Shown in pieces: positions 46,677 to 57,214 of a stretch of 64,000 nucleotides of DNA; the first letter of the stretch is position 1, and every line of letters begins with the position of its first letter. The notes beneath the pieces were generated by a model, which saw only the letters and a list, made by a program, of their open reading frames with translations, did no database searches and was not told the DNA's origin. The stretch is from Deltaproteobacteria bacterium (lineage in GTDB: Bacteria; Myxococcota_A; Polyangia; JAAYKL01): contig JAFGWT010000543.1 of the NCBI GenBank assembly GCA_016937015.1, positions 30,440 through 94,439 of the forward strand. The letters are read 5' to 3'. A program made the position numbers and the translations under genes.

Positions 46677-47327
46677 GTGAGCGCTAATACTGTAATTTTT
46701 GACTTTGACGGTACACTGGTGGACTCTTTTGGGTTGTCGGTTCGACTGAGCAACATGCTTGCGCCCGAGTACGGTTATCGGACAGTTCGTGACAGCGAAG
46801 TACCAACGTTAAAAAAACTGCCTTTGCCTGAACTTTTTAAGCAACTTGAATTCCCTTTGTACAAATTACCGGTAGTTATGGCAAAGGCCCGTAGAGAAAT
46901 GGGCCGTGAAATCGAAGCAATCTGCATGTTTGATGGTATGCCGCAGATGCTGGAGAGGCTGCGTTTGGCCGGTCTTCGACTTGGTATCGTTACGTCAAAC
47001 TCTCTTCATAATGTACAGTGTTGTTTGACGAAAAATGGTGTACTCGAACTGTTTGATTTTGTTCATTCCGCGAAGAATGTATTTGGCAAGCACCGGGTGC
47101 TGAGCAAATTGATGAAAAAAATGGAACTGTCTCATGATTCCGTCATTTACGTGGGCGACGAGGGGCGAGATATCGAAGCATCCCGCAGAGTAAATATTCC
47201 CATCATTGCGGTGGCATGGGGATTTCAGGACAAGGAGCGACTGAGCAAAATGTCGCCGGATTATCTTGCGGAACTTCCCTCCGATATAGAAAAATTTGTA
47301 CTTTCATATTTCACAGAAAACGAATAG
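46677..47327 (+). CDS. HAD-superfamily hydrolase (phosphoglycolate-phosphatase-like)
   Basis: GTG start after GGTGGAG RBS; motif I IFDFDGTL, motif II IVTSN, motif III/IV K..GDEGRD. Confidence 0.75.
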   Translation: MSANTVIFDFDGTLVDSFGLSVRLSNMLAPEYGYRTVRDSEVPTLKKLPLPELFKQLEFPLYKLPVVMAKARREMGREIEAICMFDGMPQMLERLRLAGLRLGIVTSNSLHNVQCCLTKNGVLELFDFVHSAKNVFGKHRVLSKLMKKMELSHDSVIYVGDEGRDIEASRRVNIPIIAVAWGFQDKERLSKMSPDYLAELPSDIEKFVLSYFTENE

Positions 47328-47397
47328 TAAGTGCTGCTGACACTTGTTCGATCCGTCGTGTAAACACACTGTCGACCGGGCAGAATTGAGAGGTCTA

Positions 47398-48084
47398 ATG
47401 GCGAATAATATGACGTTTTTGGAAACTTCCGTTGGCAAAAAGGTGCTTATGGCCGCCACCGGATTCATCATTTTTGGATTCGTGGTAGTACATATTCTGG
47501 GTAACCTGCAACTTTTTCTGGGGCCGGAAGCGCTGAATCAGTACGCGGCATTCTTGCAGGCGTCCGGTCCCATAAAATGGACCGTGCGTATTGTTCTGGC
47601 TGCCAGTGTGCTGGCTCACATTGTCAGTGCGGTGATGGTAACGCTGCAAAACTGGCGGGCCAGACCACAGAAATACGCGGTAAAACGCTATCAGGAAACC
47701 ACCTATGCTGCGCGCACCATGTGGCTGGGGGGCCCTATTATCGGGCTGTTCGTGGTGTATCATTTGCTGCATTTTACAACTGGACACTGTCATCCGGTTA
47801 AAGCGGGATTTATCCCCGATTCGAACGGGGTTATTAACGTATACAATAACGTCATATTCGGATTTCAGGACACTGTCGCCTCTGGTGTCTATATCTTCAC
47901 AATGGTGCTGATTGGCCTGCATCTGTATCACGGACTGTGGAGTATGATGCAGAGTGTCGGATTGAATCATCCTAAATACAACCATTGGCGCAAGGCATTC
48001 GCGGTGTTGTTCGCGCTGTTAATCGCCACGGCCGGTATCTCGTTGCCTGTATCGGTATTGCTGGGCCTGGTTACTCCGGTGTAA
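47398..48084 (+). CDS. frdC: fumarate reductase/succinate dehydrogenase dihaem cytochrome b subunit (5-TM, type B)
   Basis: 5 predicted TM helices with conserved His pairs; directly precedes flavoprotein and Fe-S subunits (Wolinella/Bacteroides CAB order). Confidence 0.8.
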   Translation: MANNMTFLETSVGKKVLMAATGFIIFGFVVVHILGNLQLFLGPEALNQYAAFLQASGPIKWTVRIVLAASVLAHIVSAVMVTLQNWRARPQKYAVKRYQETTYAARTMWLGGPIIGLFVVYHLLHFTTGHCHPVKAGFIPDSNGVINVYNNVIFGFQDTVASGVYIFTMVLIGLHLYHGLWSMMQSVGLNHPKYNHWRKAFAVLFALLIATAGISLPVSVLLGLVTPV

Positions 48085-48104
48085 CCGAGACAAGGAGCTT
48101 GCAT

Positions 48105-50018
48105 ATGAAACTTGATTCAAAAGCCCCGGACGGGCCAATCGAAAATCGCTGGGATTCACATAAATTCAACATGAAGCTGGTGAACCCGGCAAACAAGCGG
48201 AAATTTGACATCATCGTCGTAGGGGCCGGGCTCGCGGGTGCGTCGGCATCTGCAACTTTGGCCGAACTCGGATACAACGTGAGATGCTTTTTTTATCAGG
48301 ACAGTCCCAGACGGGCGCACAGTATTGCAGCCCAGGGAGGGATTAACGCCGCAAAAAATTATCAGAGTGATGGCGACAGCATTCATCGTCTGTTTTACGA
48401 CACTGTGAAAGGTGGAGACTATCGTGCGCGGGAATCCAATGTCTATCGGTTGGCTCAGGTCAGCAATAATATTATTGACCAGTGTGTGGCGCAGGGCGTC
48501 CCGTTTGCCAGAGAGTACGGGGGCAATCTGGCGAACCGATCATTTGGCGGCGCGCAGGTATCCCGAACTTTTTATGCCCGTGGACAAACGGGACAGCAGT
48601 TGCTGTTGGGTGCCTATTCGGCGCTGATGGCGCAGGTTAACGCCGGAAAGGTGAAACTGCACCGACGTAGCGAGATGCTTGAACTGGTCGTTGCAGATGG
48701 TCGGGCCCGCGGTATTGTCACCCGCGATATGGTCACTGGAAAAATAGAATCCCATGCTGCAGATGCCGTAGTGCTTGCCACAGGTGGTTACGGCAACGTG
48801 TTTTATCTGTCGACAAATGCCAAGGGATGCAATGTCACTGCAGCCTGGCGGGCATACACAAAAGGCGCTGGATTTGCCAATCCCTGTTACACCCAGATTC
48901 ATCCCACCTGTATTCCGGTGCATGGCGAATATCAGTCCAAACTGACGCTGATGAGCGAATCCCTGCGCAACGATGGCCGCATCTGGGTTCCAAAGAAAAA
49001 GGGTGACGATCGCGTGCCCACATCGATTCCGGACCACGAACGCGATTATTATCTGGAACGTCGATATCCATCATTTGGCAATCTGGTTCCGCGGGACGTA
49101 GCTTCCCGTGCTGCTAAAAAAGTGTGCGATGAAGGCCTTGGCGTTGGCAGCAGTGGTTTAGGGGTTTATCTGGATTTTTCAGACGCGGTAAAGCGACTGG
49201 GCGAAGACGGTGTTCGCGAGCGATATGGTAATCTTTTTCATATGTACGAAAAGATCACCGCAGAGAATCCTTACAAAGTACCGATGCGAATTTTTCCTGC
49301 GGTGCATTACACCATGGGCGGTCTGTGGGTGGATTACAACCTGATGACAACCATTGATGGCTGCTTTGCCATTGGCGAGGCCAATTTTTCCGATCACGGC
49401 GCGAATCGTCTGGGCGCCAGTGCACTGATGCAGGGACTTGCGGACGGTTATTTCATTTTGCCTTACACCATTGGCGACTACCTGGCGACTGCTGGTAAAA
49501 ACAGCATCCACAGCGATGACAAATATTTCTCAAAATCGAAGGATGATGCGCATGGCAAAGTAAACAGGCTGCTGGCCATCAAAGGTGAACGTACCCCGGA
49601 TTCATTTCATCGGGAACTGGGCAAGCTTCTTTGGGACAACTGCGGCATGGCGCGCAGTGACGAGTCGCTTAAGCGCGCGCTGGAAAAAATTCCAAAAATA
49701 AAAGACGAATTTTGGCAAAACGTCAAAGTCCCGGGGGAGGGCAAGGAACTCAATCAAACGCTGGAAATGGCGGGCCGTGTGGCTGACTTCATCGATTTTT
49801 CGGAAGTTCTGGTTAGAGACGCTCTTGCGCGCACCGAGTCCTGTGGCGGTCATTTCAGGGTGGAAAGCCAGACCGATGAAAACGAAGCCAAACGGGACGA
49901 CGATAACTTCGCACATGCGGCCGTGTGGGAATATAAAGGGGAGGGCACCATTCCGGAACGTCATACGGAACAGCTGTCGTTTGAATACTGCAAGCCGAGT
50001 CAAAGGAGTTACAAATAA
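48105..50018 (+). CDS. frdA: fumarate reductase/succinate dehydrogenase flavoprotein subunit
   Basis: [19 protein letters not shown] fold, covalent-FAD His context ([14 protein letters not shown]), active-site HPT and RL motifs; start at MKLDSK. Confidence 0.95.
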   Translation: MKLDSKAPDGPIENRWDSHKFNMKLVNPANKRKFDIIVVGAGLAGASASATLAELGYNVRCFFYQDSPRRAHSIAAQGGINAAKNYQSDGDSIHRLFYDTVKGGDYRARESNVYRLAQVSNNIIDQCVAQGVPFAREYGGNLANRSFGGAQVSRTFYARGQTGQQLLLGAYSALMAQVNAGKVKLHRRSEMLELVVADGRARGIVTRDMVTGKIESHAADAVVLATGGYGNVFYLSTNAKGCNVTAAWRAYTKGAGFANPCYTQIHPTCIPVHGEYQSKLTLMSESLRNDGRIWVPKKKGDDRVPTSIPDHERDYYLERRYPSFGNLVPRDVASRAAKKVCDEGLGVGSSGLGVYLDFSDAVKRLGEDGVRERYGNLFHMYEKITAENPYKVPMRIFPAVHYTMGGLWVDYNLMTTIDGCFAIGEANFSDHGANRLGASALMQGLADGYFILPYTIGDYLATAGKNSIHSDDKYFSKSKDDAHGKVNRLLAIKGERTPDSFHRELGKLLWDNCGMARSDESLKRALEKIPKIKDEFWQNVKVPGEGKELNQTLEMAGRVADFIDFSEVLVRDALARTESCGGHFRVESQTDENEAKRDDDNFAHAAVWEYKGEGTIPERHTEQLSFEYCKPSQRSYK

Positions 50019-50764
50019 TGAATTTTACGCTCAAAGTGTGGCGCCAGAAGCCCGGTGAAAAAGGGAAAATCGTTACATATGACGCAAAAGAGATAAGTTC
50101 GGATGCGTCTTTTTTGGAGATGCTCGATATCGTGAATGAGCGCCTTGTCATTGAGGGGGAGGAAGCCATTGCATTTGATCATGACTGTCGCGAAGGAATC
50201 TGCGGTATGTGCGGCTGTGTGGTGAACGGATATGCCCATGGCCACCAGGAAGGCACCACGCTTTGTCAGCTACATATGCGCGCATTTGAGGACGGCAGTG
50301 TGATATATGTGGAGCCTTGGCGGTCGAGGGCATTTCCGGTACTCAAGGATTTGGTTGTGGATCGCAGTGCGTTTGACGCCATTATCACAGCAGGTGGTTA
50401 CATTTCAATTCGAACCGGATCCGCGCCGGATGGCAATGCTATCGCCGTGTCGAAAGAAACAGCCGATGCAGCCATGGATGTGGCGGAGTGCATTGGGTGC
50501 GGCGCATGCGTGGCGGCCTGTCCGAATGCATCGGCGATGTTGTTCACATCGGCCAAAATATCTCAGCTGGCACTATTGCCGCAGGGACAGCCGGAACGCA
50601 TGACTCGGGCGCAACGTATGGTTCGAGCGATGGAAGTAGCGGGGTTTGGCGCATGCACCAATCACGGCGAATGCGAAGCTGCATGCCCAAAAGAAATCAA
50701 ACTCGACAATATTGCCCGGCTGAATAGGGAATTTATTGGCGCGTCGGTCAAAAAGCAAGCTTGA
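50018..50764 (+). CDS. frdB: fumarate reductase/succinate dehydrogenase iron-sulfur subunit
   Basis: 2Fe-2[11 protein letters not shown], 4Fe-4[13 protein letters not shown], 3Fe-4S C...CEAACP motifs. Confidence 0.95.
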   Translation: MNFTLKVWRQKPGEKGKIVTYDAKEISSDASFLEMLDIVNERLVIEGEEAIAFDHDCREGICGMCGCVVNGYAHGHQEGTTLCQLHMRAFEDGSVIYVEPWRSRAFPVLKDLVVDRSAFDAIITAGGYISIRTGSAPDGNAIAVSKETADAAMDVAECIGCGACVAACPNASAMLFTSAKISQLALLPQGQPERMTRAQRMVRAMEVAGFGACTNHGECEAACPKEIKLDNIARLNREFIGASVKKQA

Positions 50765-50774
50765 GGCGGTTACA

Positions 50775-52316
50775 ATGAGTAGAGCCGAAATGACTCCGGG
50801 GAATCTCATTCATCAATTTTACGGTTATCTGTTTATTCACAAGCGTATTTACATACTGCTGCTGGCCGTTGCGTTGGCTGGATGCGGTAAAACGTCAGCA
50901 GAGCAGGCGCCCGTTCCAACAGCCACTCAAAAAAGCGCTGAGCAAAATCCGCGCGCAAGTGTGGAGAAGGCGGGGGCATCGCATCCTGTGACTGTCGAGA
51001 AACCGCCATTTAACAAGGTGCTGGTGGTACTCATTGATGCGCTTCGTGCGGATAAACTTGGATGCTATGGGTTTAACGAGCCCACGTCACCGGCCATCGA
51101 CCAACTCGCCAGGGAATCCATCTTATTTGAAAATGTGCATTCTGCTTCTCCATGGACGGCGCCATCATTCGGCACCCTTTTTACCGGAGTATCTCCCACC
51201 GTTCACGGTGCCGGTAAAATGCTGGGTAAGAATTCCAAATCCGGCAAGTCCGTGCACGGAGTAACCGTTGGTGGTATCCGAAAAGATTTGCCAACGCTTG
51301 CGGAATTGATGCCTGAAAAAATGAAAACAGCAGCGGTGGTGAACAATTCATTTGTATGTAAAGAGCTTGGATATGCGCGTGGGTTTGATGATTTTGATTT
51401 TCAGATTGCACGTTTAACCAGTTATCGAACTGCGGATCAGGTTACTGATGCAGCCATCAAGTGGTTGGCGCAAAACAGGAACAATTCTTTTTTTTATTTC
51501 CTTCATTATTTCGATCCGCACATTCAGTATGCCCCGCCTAAAAAGTATTTACCAATATTTGCGCCGAATAAACCGCCTCGAATCGCATATCCTTTCATTG
51601 ACCACGCATCTGCGCGGGATGGAAGCCTCAATCCCAGCAAGGCGGAGAAAGCTTTTATTCGCGGTCTGTACCATGGCGAAGTGCGATTTGTAGATGATGA
51701 GTTCAATCGACTCGTAGCGTTCATGACCAGGGAAGGATTAATGGATGATACGTGGATCATCATATTGTCGGACCATGGGGAGGAATTGTTCGAGCACGGC
51801 AGTTTTGATCATGGGCACCGATACGAAGAGGAAGTCACACGCGTGCCATGGATTATCCGTCCTCCGGGTGGTAAGTGGCATGCTGGGTTAAGAGTGTCGG
51901 CTAATGTATCCCATGTTGATATATTTGCCACGCTGCTCGACCTGGCAAATGTTTCTTTACCGGCTCATAGCGAAGGCGAAAGTGTCCTTCCCATGCTCGA
52001 CCAAAAGGAAAATGGCAGTCGGACTTCATACATGGAATTTAACCTGTTTAATGGTCAACAGGCCGCGTTGTTCGATGGCCGATATAAACTTATTTATGAT
52101 ATTCGCCGGGAAAGCGCATTTGTATATGATCTGCTAAACGATCCGGCGGAACAAAAGAAATTGAATGATGCGAATGATCAGTTTGCAAAATTGCTTGAAC
52201 AACTCAAAAGGAAGCAGGCAAAACTCAAAACGATTTCTTCAGGAAAAGAAGAAAACAGTGCCGTTTTATCAGATGAGTCTCGTGATGCGTTAAAATCACT
52301 CGGGTATATTAAATAG
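50775..52316 (+). CDS. sulfatase-family (alkaline-phosphatase superfamily) lipoprotein with Thr at the nucleophile position
   Basis: lipobox LAGCGK; VLIDALRAD...GCYG metal-site motif; FGly motif C/S-x-P-x-R replaced by T-A-P-S-F (ASPWTAPSFGTLFTG). Confidence 0.75.
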   Translation: MSRAEMTPGNLIHQFYGYLFIHKRIYILLLAVALAGCGKTSAEQAPVPTATQKSAEQNPRASVEKAGASHPVTVEKPPFNKVLVVLIDALRADKLGCYGFNEPTSPAIDQLARESILFENVHSASPWTAPSFGTLFTGVSPTVHGAGKMLGKNSKSGKSVHGVTVGGIRKDLPTLAELMPEKMKTAAVVNNSFVCKELGYARGFDDFDFQIARLTSYRTADQVTDAAIKWLAQNRNNSFFYFLHYFDPHIQYAPPKKYLPIFAPNKPPRIAYPFIDHASARDGSLNPSKAEKAFIRGLYHGEVRFVDDEFNRLVAFMTREGLMDDTWIIILSDHGEELFEHGSFDHGHRYEEEVTRVPWIIRPPGGKWHAGLRVSANVSHVDIFATLLDLANVSLPAHSEGESVLPMLDQKENGSRTSYMEFNLFNGQQAALFDGRYKLIYDIRRESAFVYDLLNDPAEQKKLNDANDQFAKLLEQLKRKQAKLKTISSGKEENSAVLSDESRDALKSLGYIK

Positions 52317-52370
52317 CCAATGCAAAAAATTGAGCCGAAATTATTTTTTTATGCTACCATATCTGAGGAA

Positions 52371-52386
52371 GGTGAAAATTTTCACC
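52371..52386. promoter_or_regulatory. 16-bp perfect palindrome GGTGAAAATTTTCACC (CRP-family-like GTGA-N6-TCAC core)
   Basis: read from sequence; ~260 bp upstream of Cys-rich lipoprotein gene A. Confidence 0.3.
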
Positions 52387-52648
52387 ATTTATTAAACTTA
52401 ATGTTAAAACTTGACCTGGAATCGCAAAGTGAGAAACCTACGGAACCTATCGGAATACAAAAGTTTTTTGGTTAAGAATGGCATTGGAATTTCTTTGAAC
52501 GCGTTTCTTTTATATATTCACTTTTCGCGTCAAAGAGCGTAAAATGTGGCGCAGCAAAAAACAATATCTTTAGGGATATTCACTTAAGGAATCCGGATCT
52601 GATGCAAGGAAAATTTCAGGTCCATAGCAAATTGTGAGGGAATTTATC

Positions 52649-53569
52649 ATGAAAAAACAAAACCTATTATTAATCTTAGCGATGGCGCTGCTTACCGGTT
52701 TTGCATTTATTGGATGCGGAACCGATGATGAGGGCCCGGGCCTGAACAAGTCTGCCACAGGCGACTCTGACAGTGACACTGACAGCGACAGCGACTCTGA
52801 CAGTGATTCAGACAGCGACAGCGACTCAGATAGCGACAGCGACTCAGACAGCGACAGCGATACTGACAGCGATAGCGATAGCGATGGCGGTGGTACCGAA
52901 TGTGACGGCAACGACAAAGATTGCTACAGCGAATGCTGGGGTTGTGCATTGTCTTCAGCTGCACTTTGTAAACCAACGCTTGAAGATTGCCTGATGGACA
53001 CAAAATGTGCTGCGTATTACGATTGCAAAGACAAAACCTGCTGTGGCGGTAACGACAACTGCCTCACTGGCGACGAGTGGGAAGACTGCATGAAAGGTTG
53101 TGCTGAAACCGCAGAAGCAACCGATGCAACTCTCGAAATGTATAAAGACATCGATTATTGTGTTGCCTGTGAAGCATGTGAAATCTCATGCGCACAGGGC
53201 GAGTCCGCTGACTTCGCCATGTGTGGTAATCCTGAAGATATGAACAACCCCGACAATCCCTGCTACGAAGCCGATGCTGAACCCGGTCAGACTGCCTGTT
53301 TCTCATGGGCCGGTTGGGGTGGACCCTGTACGACCGCCGTTACAAACTGCAAAAACGACGACAAATGTGAGACTCTGGAGACATGTGTAAACGAAACCTG
53401 GGCGTATGACGATTGGTCCGCCCGTCAGGACGTTTGTTTCGCAGATGCTGGATCAGCTGCCGAAACACTGTATTGGGCTTACATGCAATGCATCTACTGT
53501 GACGCATGTGATGTCGCCTGTCTTAAAGATGCTGGCTCCAAAAACTGCGACGAATACAGCGGTAAATAG
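52649..53569 (+). CDS. Cys-rich secreted lipoprotein, paralogue A ((Asp-Ser)n linker + ~250-aa novel Cys-rich domain)
   Basis: TGAGGG RBS; lipobox FIGC; shares with paralogue B the motifs CDGxDxDCYxxCWGCALSS, CVACxxCxISC, ACFSWAGWGGPC, DDWSARQD, YMQCIYCxAC. Confidence 0.6.
   Translation: MKKQNLLLILAMALLTGFAFIGCGTDDEGPGLNKSATGDSDSDTDSDSDSDSDSDSDSDSDSDSDSDSDSDTDSDSDSDGGGTECDGNDKDCYSECWGCALSSAALCKPTLEDCLMDTKCAAYYDCKDKTCCGGNDNCLTGDEWEDCMKGCAETAEATDATLEMYKDIDYCVACEACEISCAQGESADFAMCGNPEDMNNPDNPCYEADAEPGQTACFSWAGWGGPCTTAVTNCKNDDKCETLETCVNETWAYDDWSARQDVCFADAGSAAETLYWAYMQCIYCDACDVACLKDAGSKNCDEYSGK
52763..52885 (+). repeat. (Asp-Ser)n coding repeat (GACAGY/GAYTCN)
   Basis: visible hexanucleotide repeats within paralogue A. 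Confidence 0.9.
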
Positions 53570-53791
53570 CTGAGTCCTCGGATAACCATTTCCCCCATTT
53601 CATTTCTTTTATTCAATCTGTAGGTGATATTTTTTAAGTGACATTCTTTTCCCAGGATGCCGCTGAAAATAACTATTTTTTTTTGAGCCGAATTGAATTT
53701 GGTTCCCACCATATTACTATAGCAACACGAATGATGCCGCAACTGGTTACGGTATCACGTGCTTTTATGTCTTAAACGATGGAGGTCTCTT

Positions 53792-54724
53792 ATGAAAAGG
53801 TTAACGTTTTTATCAACCCGTGTAGTGCGTTTTTTCTTTGTATTGTTTTTATTGGCAGGCTGCAATGTGAACAACGGTTCATCTGAAACAGGCGCCGATT
53901 CCGATTCTGATGCCGACACAGATTCTGATGCCGATACAGATTCTGACACCGATTCAGACACGGATGCTGATTCCGAATCGGATTCCGGCGGAGAGGACTC
54001 CGAAACAACGGCTGAATGTGATGGCGCCGACATGGATTGTTATGATGATTGCTGGGGCTGTGCCTTATCGTCTTCGGCTTGCAAACCGCTGGTCGAACAA
54101 TGCTTGTCGGATACAGTCTGCGCAGCATATTACAACTGTAAAACAACAGACTGTTGTGACGAAAACAATAACTGCCTCGAAGGCGATGCATGGGAGGCAT
54201 GCATGGCGGATTGCTCCGCTGAAGCTGAACTGACAGAGGCCGCATTTAACATGTTCACGGCCATTGACAAGTGTGTGGCCTGCGATGAATGCAGCATATC
54301 CTGCGGAGAAAAGCGAAAAGATGAGTTCTCCATGTGCGTGGATCCTGTGGTGGATATAACCATCGATACGCCTTGTTATGATGAAGACATTGAAGGCGAG
54401 GAAGTTGCCTGCTTTTCGTGGGCTGGCTGGGGCGGACCGTGTAGCTGGGCCACTAAACAGTGTAAAGATAACGCGGATTGCGCCGCTCTAGAAACGGCAA
54501 TTAACGAGACTTGGGAGTTTGATGACTGGAGTGCGCGCCAGGACATCATTTGGGGTGAGACGGCAGATGACATTGAAGCGCTCTATTGGGAATATATGCA
54601 ATGCATTTACTGTGGCGCCTGCTACGAAACCAAGTGCTATTCTCACGCGCAATCGAAGAATTGCGAGGAATACTGGGAAACGCATGGTGGCGGTGAAGAA
54701 GATACTGAAACTGCCTCAGAGTAA
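53792..54724 (+). CDS. Cys-rich secreted lipoprotein, paralogue B
   Basis: GGAGG RBS 6 nt upstream; lipobox LAGC; (Asp-Ser/Asp-Thr/Asp-Ala)n linker 53881-53995; same conserved Cys-rich domain as paralogue A. Confidence 0.6.
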   Translation: MKRLTFLSTRVVRFFFVLFLLAGCNVNNGSSETGADSDSDADTDSDADTDSDTDSDTDADSESDSGGEDSETTAECDGADMDCYDDCWGCALSSSACKPLVEQCLSDTVCAAYYNCKTTDCCDENNNCLEGDAWEACMADCSAEAELTEAAFNMFTAIDKCVACDECSISCGEKRKDEFSMCVDPVVDITIDTPCYDEDIEGEEVACFSWAGWGGPCSWATKQCKDNADCAALETAINETWEFDDWSARQDIIWGETADDIEALYWEYMQCIYCGACYETKCYSHAQSKNCEEYWETHGGGEEDTETASE

Positions 54725-54935
54725 GACTTTTTCCTTTTTTTGTTTCATCTGAATTCTAAATCCGCTAATAGCTACTCACATTTGTCGACGTGGTGGCAAG
54801 CCATGATTGGCGCGACACGAAGATGCAGAGATGTTGCGTCTGCCCCGCTTACACCATGACTTGTTTTGTGGTAATTATATATTGGACTTACTGCTGCTTG
54901 CGGCTTACCACGAATTTTGTTGATAAAGGAGAACC

Positions 54936-55202
54936 ATGTCGAAGAATAACGATGCCACTTCGGAAAGTCGACGAAAAGGCACAGTTGTCATAAACGAAGA
55001 ACGATGCAAAGGGTGCACCTATTGTGTTCGGTTCTGTCCCACCGGCGCCCTGGAGATGACTGATCGCCTTAATCACAAGGGATACAACCTGCCAACACTG
55101 GCCTATCCAGATAAGTGCAATGGATGTGACATGTGCGGCATGTATTGTCCTGACTTTGCCATTTTTGGTCGCAGAATTGGACAGAATGAGGAGGACGAGT
55201 AG
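54936..55202 (+). CDS. oorD: 2-oxoacid:ferredoxin oxidoreductase delta (2x[4Fe-4S] ferredoxin) subunit
   Basis: CKGCTYCVRFCP and CNGCDMCGMYCP clusters; first gene of D-A-B-C operon. Confidence 0.8.
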   Translation: MSKNNDATSESRRKGTVVINEERCKGCTYCVRFCPTGALEMTDRLNHKGYNLPTLAYPDKCNGCDMCGMYCPDFAIFGRRIGQNEEDE

Positions 55203-55205
55203 AAA

Positions 55206-56363
55206 ATGGGCAAAACCAGAAAAATCGTCGATACAGGAACTCATTTCATTGATGGCAACATGGCATGCGCGGAAGGTGCAATTGCCGCTGGCTGTCGCTT
55301 TGTATCCGGATATCCCATTACGCCGTCAACAGAAGTGGTGGAACATCTCGCAAAAAGGTTTCCTGAAATTGGCGGAATGTTTATCCAAATGGAGGATGAA
55401 TTGGCTGCGTCCATCTGCTTTCAGGGCGCTGTCTGGAGCGGTGTAAAAGGCATGACGGTAACCTCCGGACCCGGTTTTTCGTTGATGATGGAGCATGTTG
55501 GACTCGCCGCTGCGTTGGAAACGCCATCTGTTTTTGTTGATGTCCAGAGGGCAGGGCCTTCCACCGGTCTGCCCACTGCACCGGCACAGCAGGATATGAT
55601 GCAGGCAAGGTGGGGGTCTCATGGTGACTACGAAATTATTGCGTTATCGCCCAGCTCGCCTCAGGAGTGTTTTGACTATATCGTCATTTGTTTTAATCTG
55701 GCCGAAAAATACAGATGTCCCGTTTTTTTCATGATGGATGAAACGGTTGGGCATATGCACGGGAAGGTAAAGATTCCATCTCCTGATGAAATCGAAGTAG
55801 TGGAACGAAAAAATACATCCCGTCCACCAGGGGAATATAAACCATACAAAATCTACGGTGGGGACGTACCTGAAATGGTCAAGGTGGGAATGGGACATCG
55901 TATTCACATCACAGGGCTGACTCATGACGAACAGGGCTATCCCGCCATGACAGCGAGTGCACAGCAGATTCTTGTAAAACGACTATGTTCGAAAATCACC
56001 GACAATGTCGAAGATATTTCGATTATTAAGACTGATGAAATTGAAGACTCCGAGGTTGTCGTGATTTCTTACGGTATTACCTCGCGAATTGTTGAGTACG
56101 CCGCCGGGATTGCCAGAAAAAAGGGAATCAAAACAGGTACTGTGCAACTGGTCACCATCTGGCCCTTTAACGACAAAGCGATTCGGGAGATTGCCGCTCA
56201 AACCCGGCATATCATTGTTGCGGAGATGAATCTCGGACAAATGGTTCTCGAAGTGCAGCGCGCGGTTGCGAATAAGGTGCCTGTTCATTTTCTTGGAAAT
56301 GCAGGCGGACGCACTCTGGACCCGGAAACGATTATCGAAAAAATTATGGAGGTGGTCCAATGA
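55206..56363 (+). CDS. oorA: 2-oxoglutarate/2-oxoacid:ferredoxin oxidoreductase alpha subunit
   Basis: GNMACAEGAIAAGCRFVSGYPITPSTEV N-terminal signature of KorA/PorA. Confidence 0.9.
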   Translation: MGKTRKIVDTGTHFIDGNMACAEGAIAAGCRFVSGYPITPSTEVVEHLAKRFPEIGGMFIQMEDELAASICFQGAVWSGVKGMTVTSGPGFSLMMEHVGLAAALETPSVFVDVQRAGPSTGLPTAPAQQDMMQARWGSHGDYEIIALSPSSPQECFDYIVICFNLAEKYRCPVFFMMDETVGHMHGKVKIPSPDEIEVVERKNTSRPPGEYKPYKIYGGDVPEMVKVGMGHRIHITGLTHDEQGYPAMTASAQQILVKRLCSKITDNVEDISIIKTDEIEDSEVVVISYGITSRIVEYAAGIARKKGIKTGTVQLVTIWPFNDKAIREIAAQTRHIIVAEMNLGQMVLEVQRAVANKVPVHFLGNAGGRTLDPETIIEKIMEVVQ

Positions 56364-57214
56364 CGGAAATCAAATCGCATCCGGTTGATGGCCTGCTTCG
56401 CACAGATAGAATGCCTCACATTTGGTGTCCGGGTTGCGGTGTGGGCACTTCGGTCAATTGTTTTACCAGAGCCATTGAAAAGCTCGAGATGGATTTGGAT
56501 AGACTCCATGTGGTCTCGGGTATTGGCTGCACCGGTCGCGTGGCCGGATATATCAATGTGGATTCATTCCACACGACTCACGGTCGAGCATTGGCGTTTG
56601 CGACTGGCCTGTCGCTGTCGCGGCCGGATTCGAAGGTGGTCGTTTACTCAGGAGACGGAGATATAGCGGCCATCGGCGGCAATCATTTGATTCATACTGC
56701 AAGACGCAACGTGGATATGACCGTTATTTGCGTCAACAACTACACATACGGCATGACCGGCGGACAGGTGACCCCGACTACGCCGGATAAAGCCCTTGCC
56801 AGCACCACACCTTTCGGCAACTTTGAACATACTTTCAATATCCCCAATCTAGTGGCTGCAAGCGGGGCAACATACGTGGCGCGCTGGACGGTGTTTCATG
56901 TGAGGCAATTGACACGGGCAATGGTCAAAGCCCTTCAGCATCCTGGATTCTCCTTTATTGAAGTACTGAGTCCCTGTCCAACTTTGTTTATGCGGCGCAA
57001 CAAGCTTGGCGCGGCCGTCAATCTAATGGAATATTTCAGAGACAGTGCTGTTATCGAAAACGGCGCGGACACCAGAACTGTGGGATTGAATGAAGGTCGA
57101 ACAGTGCTTGGTGAGTTTGTCAATATGAGATTGCCCACCCTTCGCGAGAGTTACGAAAACCGAATGAAGGAAGCTTTGGGGGACGCGTTTGTGCCATACG
57201 AGGGAGACAAATGA
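56360..57214 (+). CDS. oorB: 2-oxoacid:ferredoxin oxidoreductase beta (TPP-binding) subunit
   Basis: WCPGCGxG, GIGC, TPP-binding GDGD motif (YSGDGDIAAIGGNHLIH); 4-nt overlap with alpha. Confidence 0.9.
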   Translation: MTEIKSHPVDGLLRTDRMPHIWCPGCGVGTSVNCFTRAIEKLEMDLDRLHVVSGIGCTGRVAGYINVDSFHTTHGRALAFATGLSLSRPDSKVVVYSGDGDIAAIGGNHLIHTARRNVDMTVICVNNYTYGMTGGQVTPTTPDKALASTTPFGNFEHTFNIPNLVAASGATYVARWTVFHVRQLTRAMVKALQHPGFSFIEVLSPCPTLFMRRNKLGAAVNLMEYFRDSAVIENGADTRTVGLNEGRTVLGEFVNMRLPTLRESYENRMKEALGDAFVPYEGDK

